Source: a virus (lineage: Duplodnaviria > Caudoviricetes). From it: DNA of 64,000 nt. The stretch covers positions 1 to 64,000 of the IMG/VR virus record IMGVR_UViG_2565956686_000002. The stretch is one strand, 5' to 3'. Positions 60,414 to 64,000 of the stretch are shown here, one piece after another; the first letter of the stretch is position 1, and each line of letters starts with the position of its first letter. A program made the translations under genes and the position numbers. The notes beneath the pieces are model-generated. The model saw nothing but the letters and a program-made list of their open reading frames with translations, ran no database searches and had not been told where the DNA came from.

Positions 60414-61190
60414 ATGTTTGGCGCAAAAAATCCGTTTAATTTAAAACCACAAGAAAATGTATTACGCGACTTTGATTCTGCTGCAGCTGGAATTACAAGT
60501 AGCGTGAATACATTGACTAGTTCAATTCGTGAAGAACTTTCATTTATTGAGCACGTTCGAGAAATGGCTTTGAATATCGTATCTGATCTAGTTGATGCGG
60601 TTATTGACAATACTTTAGATGACAATGAATTGCCGACTGACCGTCTTGATTTTCTTATTCTGGATGCCTTAGATGGTGCAGATGATGAAAATGGTACGTT
60701 GGAAAATGCATTAGTTGCTTCCATTGATGATGCACTTTCAAGTTTTGGTGTAGATGACTCAGTGATTGCTGAAATCTTTAGCGATAATATTGAAGCTGCT
60801 GATGCTGCAATTGAAGCTGCTGCAAGCACAGTAATTGCCAATATGCCTGATGAGGGTGATCCATTAGATGAATTAGTACGTGAGTTTATCTATGGTGAAC
60901 CAGACGAAGAAGATGGTTTTGACTCGGCTAGTGGTAAGAAAAAGCTTTCTCGTGGTCAGATGACGACGAAAAGTGTAGGTGGCCGTAAAGTGCGTTATAA
61001 AGCGATTGCAGCAATCCGTAATGGTGTTAAAAAGATCGTGAATAAGCGATTACCAGGTCAACGTATCCGTCTTTCAAGTGACCAAAAAGCTGGACTAAAG
61101 AAAGCGAGTTTAAAAGCGCGTTCAGCGAATTCATTGCGAAAACGTATGAAGTCGTTGCTTAAAGGTAAAAAGATTGGTCTATATAAATAA
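60414..61190 (+). CDS. Putative prohead core/scaffold protein
   Basis: Very acidic N-terminal part, very basic C-terminal ~90 aa. Confidence 0.5.
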   Translation: MFGAKNPFNLKPQENVLRDFDSAAAGITSSVNTLTSSIREELSFIEHVREMALNIVSDLVDAVIDNTLDDNELPTDRLDFLILDALDGADDENGTLENALVASIDDALSSFGVDDSVIAEIFSDNIEAADAAIEAAASTVIANMPDEGDPLDELVREFIYGEPDEEDGFDSASGKKKLSRGQMTTKSVGGRKVRYKAIAAIRNGVKKIVNKRLPGQRIRLSSDQKAGLKKASLKARSANSLRKRMKSLLKGKKIGLYK

Positions 61191-61211
61191 TCAATAGAAT
61201 ATAGATTAAAA

Positions 61212-61239
61212 AAAGGCTGCGAATATGCAGCCTTTTTTT
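61212..61239 (+). terminator. Intrinsic terminator
   Basis: AAAGGCTGC-GAATAT-GCAGCCTTT plus T-run. Confidence 0.8.
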
Positions 61240-61241
61240 AT

Positions 61242-61283
61242 TTGGAACAATGAGGAATTAGTCTTGGTTCAAGTGATCAGAAT
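61242..61283 (+). promoter_or_regulatory. Putative late promoter
   Basis: TTGGAAC-N29-CAGAAT. Confidence 0.7.
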
Positions 61284-61313
61284 ACTTATATCCAATAAGA
61301 TTTGAGAATAACG

Positions 61314-61961
61314 ATGCGTCAAGTCAATCCAATGCTTTTAAATCAAATGAAGGCAGATTCGATAGCAATTCAGCAATTAGGTTCGCCGATTTTGTCATGC
61401 CAAGGCATGTTGGTCCCACAAGGTTTAGAAGATTACCGTTTTTTAATTAAAAGCTGTCCACGTCCAATTATTAGTAATGAAGATCCAGCGGAAGTCCAAT
61501 ATCCGGGTGGCTATACGGGGATTGTGGCTGGACCTCCTAAAACACATTACACAGGTAATTTACAATTACTGGTTACTGAAGCAGGGCACGATCAACTTTT
61601 TGCTGAATACATTGTGGCAAATAAAGGCATGATCAATTGTGATTATTATGATGGTCATGTCGCAAATTTTACCCGTGCATACTATCTGGAAAACTGTGCA
61701 ATTCGATTTGAAATGGCCGAATTCGATACGGATAGTCGATCTCAAGTAATGACCGTTTCATGTCCGATTGATTTCAATTTCTTTGGTGGCTTCGCAAAAA
61801 TTGGGAGTAATGGCACAGTATTACCTGGTCAGCGTGGAGTCGCTGGTATCGAAGGTCTAATTAACCGTGTTCAGAATGTCGTAAACGCTGCACAGTCAGC
61901 AACAAACTTAGCTCGTTCAGCGACTGGTGTAGCACGACAAATTGGTTCTTTATTTGGGTAA
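61314..61961 (+). CDS. Tail tube protein (P1-like)
   Basis: EDYRFLIKSCPRP..YPGG..AGP..LENCAI..EFDTD. Confidence 0.65.
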   Translation: MRQVNPMLLNQMKADSIAIQQLGSPILSCQGMLVPQGLEDYRFLIKSCPRPIISNEDPAEVQYPGGYTGIVAGPPKTHYTGNLQLLVTEAGHDQLFAEYIVANKGMINCDYYDGHVANFTRAYYLENCAIRFEMAEFDTDSRSQVMTVSCPIDFNFFGGFAKIGSNGTVLPGQRGVAGIEGLINRVQNVVNAAQSATNLARSATGVARQIGSLFG

Positions 61962-61966
61962 CTGCT

Positions 61967-62413
61967 ATGCAATTGTTACCTGATGATGGCTCTCTATGTC
62001 CAAAGGTGATTGCTGGTTCTATCGAAGTACTAGCAACGACCTTTTATCAAAAATTACAGATGAAAGGTTATTCACTTCTTATTGAAGATGTCACGAATGC
62101 TTTGGTAGAAGAAACAATGCGTTATGCAGGTTGGGCAAAGCTGACCTGTCAACGTGGTTCAACCAGTATTATCACGGTTGACAAGAACATTGTTCTTGAA
62201 GGTTTTGAGTGGGTCATTATTGAACCATGTCTAAGTGCAAACTGTGACTTGATTCAAGCGCAACTTGTCGAAGCTTCAAGAAGTATGGGCGGTGACGGCT
62301 TTGGCATGTCAGTGAGTGAAGCTGAACAAGCATATAATCAAGCAAAAGAGTTAATGCCTAAAAATGCTTTTGTGGAACCTCCATTTAGTTTTAAAACTTT
62401 AGGGGGCAATTGA
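61967..62413 (+). CDS. Tail assembly protein
   Basis: Position after tube; EWVIIEP. Confidence 0.5.
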   Translation: MQLLPDDGSLCPKVIAGSIEVLATTFYQKLQMKGYSLLIEDVTNALVEETMRYAGWAKLTCQRGSTSIITVDKNIVLEGFEWVIIEPCLSANCDLIQAQLVEASRSMGGDGFGMSVSEAEQAYNQAKELMPKNAFVEPPFSFKTLGGN

Positions 62414-63309
62414 TGCGAATTGCGATATTGGCAACCAATAAAATCATTTCTGCGTCTGAATTGATGATTGCAACACTAAGAACTGATCTTGTTCCTGTGC
62501 CTGTCAGTATCGAGTTTGCAGTCAAGTATACAAAGGAACTCAATGATCAATTGGTGGATGGGGCTGAAATCATAGTGAATGATATTCCATATCCATTTGA
62601 GATCGTTTACTCACATCCTGTTAAGTCTCAGACGATTAAAGATAATTCTCGAATTGGCGCGATTTCATGTATCGCCGTGTTCAAAGGCTGCAAAAAGATA
62701 TTAGAGCAGACAAAAAAGGCTGTGATTTTGGAGCAGACTTCTTTTAATGCTGCATATCGTGCATGTGGTGCCTCTAATATTCGCTTGGGTGATGATATAC
62801 CTTTACCTGAATTTATTTGTCTCAACGGTACCTTGATTTCAGAGCGTATAGCACTTTATTTACAACAAGAAGCTGCGGTGATTTGTTTCAAAGAAACAAA
62901 GATTTGTATTTTAAAACTCGATGCGCTTTTTAAACAAGTAGCCGTTCTGAAATTAGATCCTAGTGAAATCCAATGGTTTAACAGCGATCAAATTGAGAAG
63001 TTTCAAAAGTCCTCTTATGTCTCAGTTGATCAAGATGGTTCAACTGTTATTGGGGACGATACGACGACAAAAGGACAATCAGTTGTTCAAAAAGCTGGTC
63101 TTGATGCACGACAGTTAAAGAATCTTGAAAAGGTACTAATTCCGCGTGGCGTGGTTCATCGTTCGTTAAGTCTTGAAGTAAACGCTGGCGATATAGTCGA
63201 AGTAGAACATAAGAAATATGTGATTTTGACAGCAGCTCATGAAGTAGAAACAGGTGCTATTGGTGGCAATGTCGGTTCAACAACAAAGCTTTGGTTAGCA
63301 AGTTTATAG
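62413..63309 (+). CDS. Baseplate hub protein
   Basis: LRTDLVPVPVSIEF; VNAGDIV..VILTAAH; precedes spike. Confidence 0.6.
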   Translation: MRIAILATNKIISASELMIATLRTDLVPVPVSIEFAVKYTKELNDQLVDGAEIIVNDIPYPFEIVYSHPVKSQTIKDNSRIGAISCIAVFKGCKKILEQTKKAVILEQTSFNAAYRACGASNIRLGDDIPLPEFICLNGTLISERIALYLQQEAAVICFKETKICILKLDALFKQVAVLKLDPSEIQWFNSDQIEKFQKSSYVSVDQDGSTVIGDDTTTKGQSVVQKAGLDARQLKNLEKVLIPRGVVHRSLSLEVNAGDIVEVEHKKYVILTAAHEVETGAIGGNVGSTTKLWLASL

Positions 63310-63315
63310 GTGACG

Positions 63316-63792
63316 ATGATGAACGGTTTTAAAAAAGCAAGAATCCTCAGTTACGATGCGCAAAACCGAACTGCAAAGATTCATATACCCGGTCTTACCG
63401 ATGGCGCAAGTACGGGCTTAACAGCAACTTTTGCTTATCCCGTTGGTGATAGTGATAAAGATACTGAGCGCGAAATTTTAGAGGGAGAGGATGTTTATAT
63501 CTTCTTTGAAAATAATGAGCAATCGCGTCCTGTCATCGCATTCTATAGCAGTCATAGCAAAGGTGCGGTGGTCGATACACGCCGTATACGACAAGAGAAT
63601 ATCGAGCTTTTAGCGCGTAGCAAGGCAACCATTGAAGCGCCTTCAATTCATTTGAGAGGTGAAACGAAGATTACAGGCAACGAACAAGTCACTGGAAACG
63701 TCATCGTTGGTTCTGGTGCAACAGGCGTATTTTCAAATGTATTTGGGAAAACGCTAACCATAGCAGATGGCATTGTGATTCAAATTTCATAA
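63316..63792 (+). CDS. Baseplate spike (gpV/gp5-like)
   Basis: AKIHIPGLTDG..GEDVYIFFEN..PVI OB fold plus beta-helix, GATGVF. Confidence 0.75.
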   Translation: MMNGFKKARILSYDAQNRTAKIHIPGLTDGASTGLTATFAYPVGDSDKDTEREILEGEDVYIFFENNEQSRPVIAFYSSHSKGAVVDTRRIRQENIELLARSKATIEAPSIHLRGETKITGNEQVTGNVIVGSGATGVFSNVFGKTLTIADGIVIQIS

Positions 63793-63809
63793 AATTTTAA
63801 AGGTGATGT

Positions 63810-64000
63810 ATGAGTGAATTAAATGTTCAATATCTTCAATCATTAGAAGATCATATCAATGCTGTGCAGACTTGCGAAGATCTTCAAAAGGCGGTAGATA
63901 CCGTGATGAATGCTTTAGGTGATCAATTGCAAGCCTTGACCGATGAATTAGAAATAGTTGGGGCGATTCAGGAATTATTAGAAATCCCGAACAACCTTGC
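63810..64000 (+). CDS. Partial ORF running off window
   Basis: AGGTG RBS; MSELNVQYLQSLEDHINAVQTCEDLQK.. Confidence 0.6.
   Translation, partial: MSELNVQYLQSLEDHINAVQTCEDLQKAVDTVMNALGDQLQALTDELEIVGAIQELLEIPNNL

Noticed and set aside
60389-60841. Antisense ORF (150 aa) and the many other short overlapping ORFs in the track
   Set aside because: Shadows of well-supported genes on the other strand or frame, without RBS or recognisable motifs
35393-61283. GGAAC boxes as host sigmaE promoters
   Set aside because: No consistent TCnnA -10 at a 16-17 nt spacer; the conserved element is at 28-29 nt

Overview
AT-rich Acinetobacter-type DNA made almost entirely of two tandem prophages that meet at an att junction in the 5' half of a tRNA-Ile2(CAU) gene (~14734-14773). 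Prophage 1 (1..~14770) is defective. Its immunity/replication region is missing, its large terminase has a nonsense mutation and is fused by deletion to a tail-gene fragment, and it keeps lysis genes, morons, cargo (lpxL-like, tRNA-fMet, csp) and a tyrosine integrase. Prophage 2 (~14770 to past the window end) looks intact. It joins a lambdoid early region (Xis, Fis-like, SSAP, CI/Cro with six operators, antirepressor, PAPS-reductase-like, MTase, DUF1376 initiator, RusA) to a P1-like myovirus late region (Sit-like tape measure, DarA-N protein, baseplate, Pro protease, intein-bearing terminase, gp23-like capsid, split sheath, tube, spike). The most notable signals are: (i) an 11-copy late-promoter motif GGAAC-N28/29-nAnnnT, often overlapped by RBS-sequestering hairpins; (ii) a DarA-N/JAB-like operon with two in-frame G-GGA-AAG -1 frameshift sites; (iii) a recurring F-D-S motif in head proteins, a candidate protease site; (iv) a Tad1-like anti-defence cluster. 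All family calls come from motif recognition by eye, not database searches.
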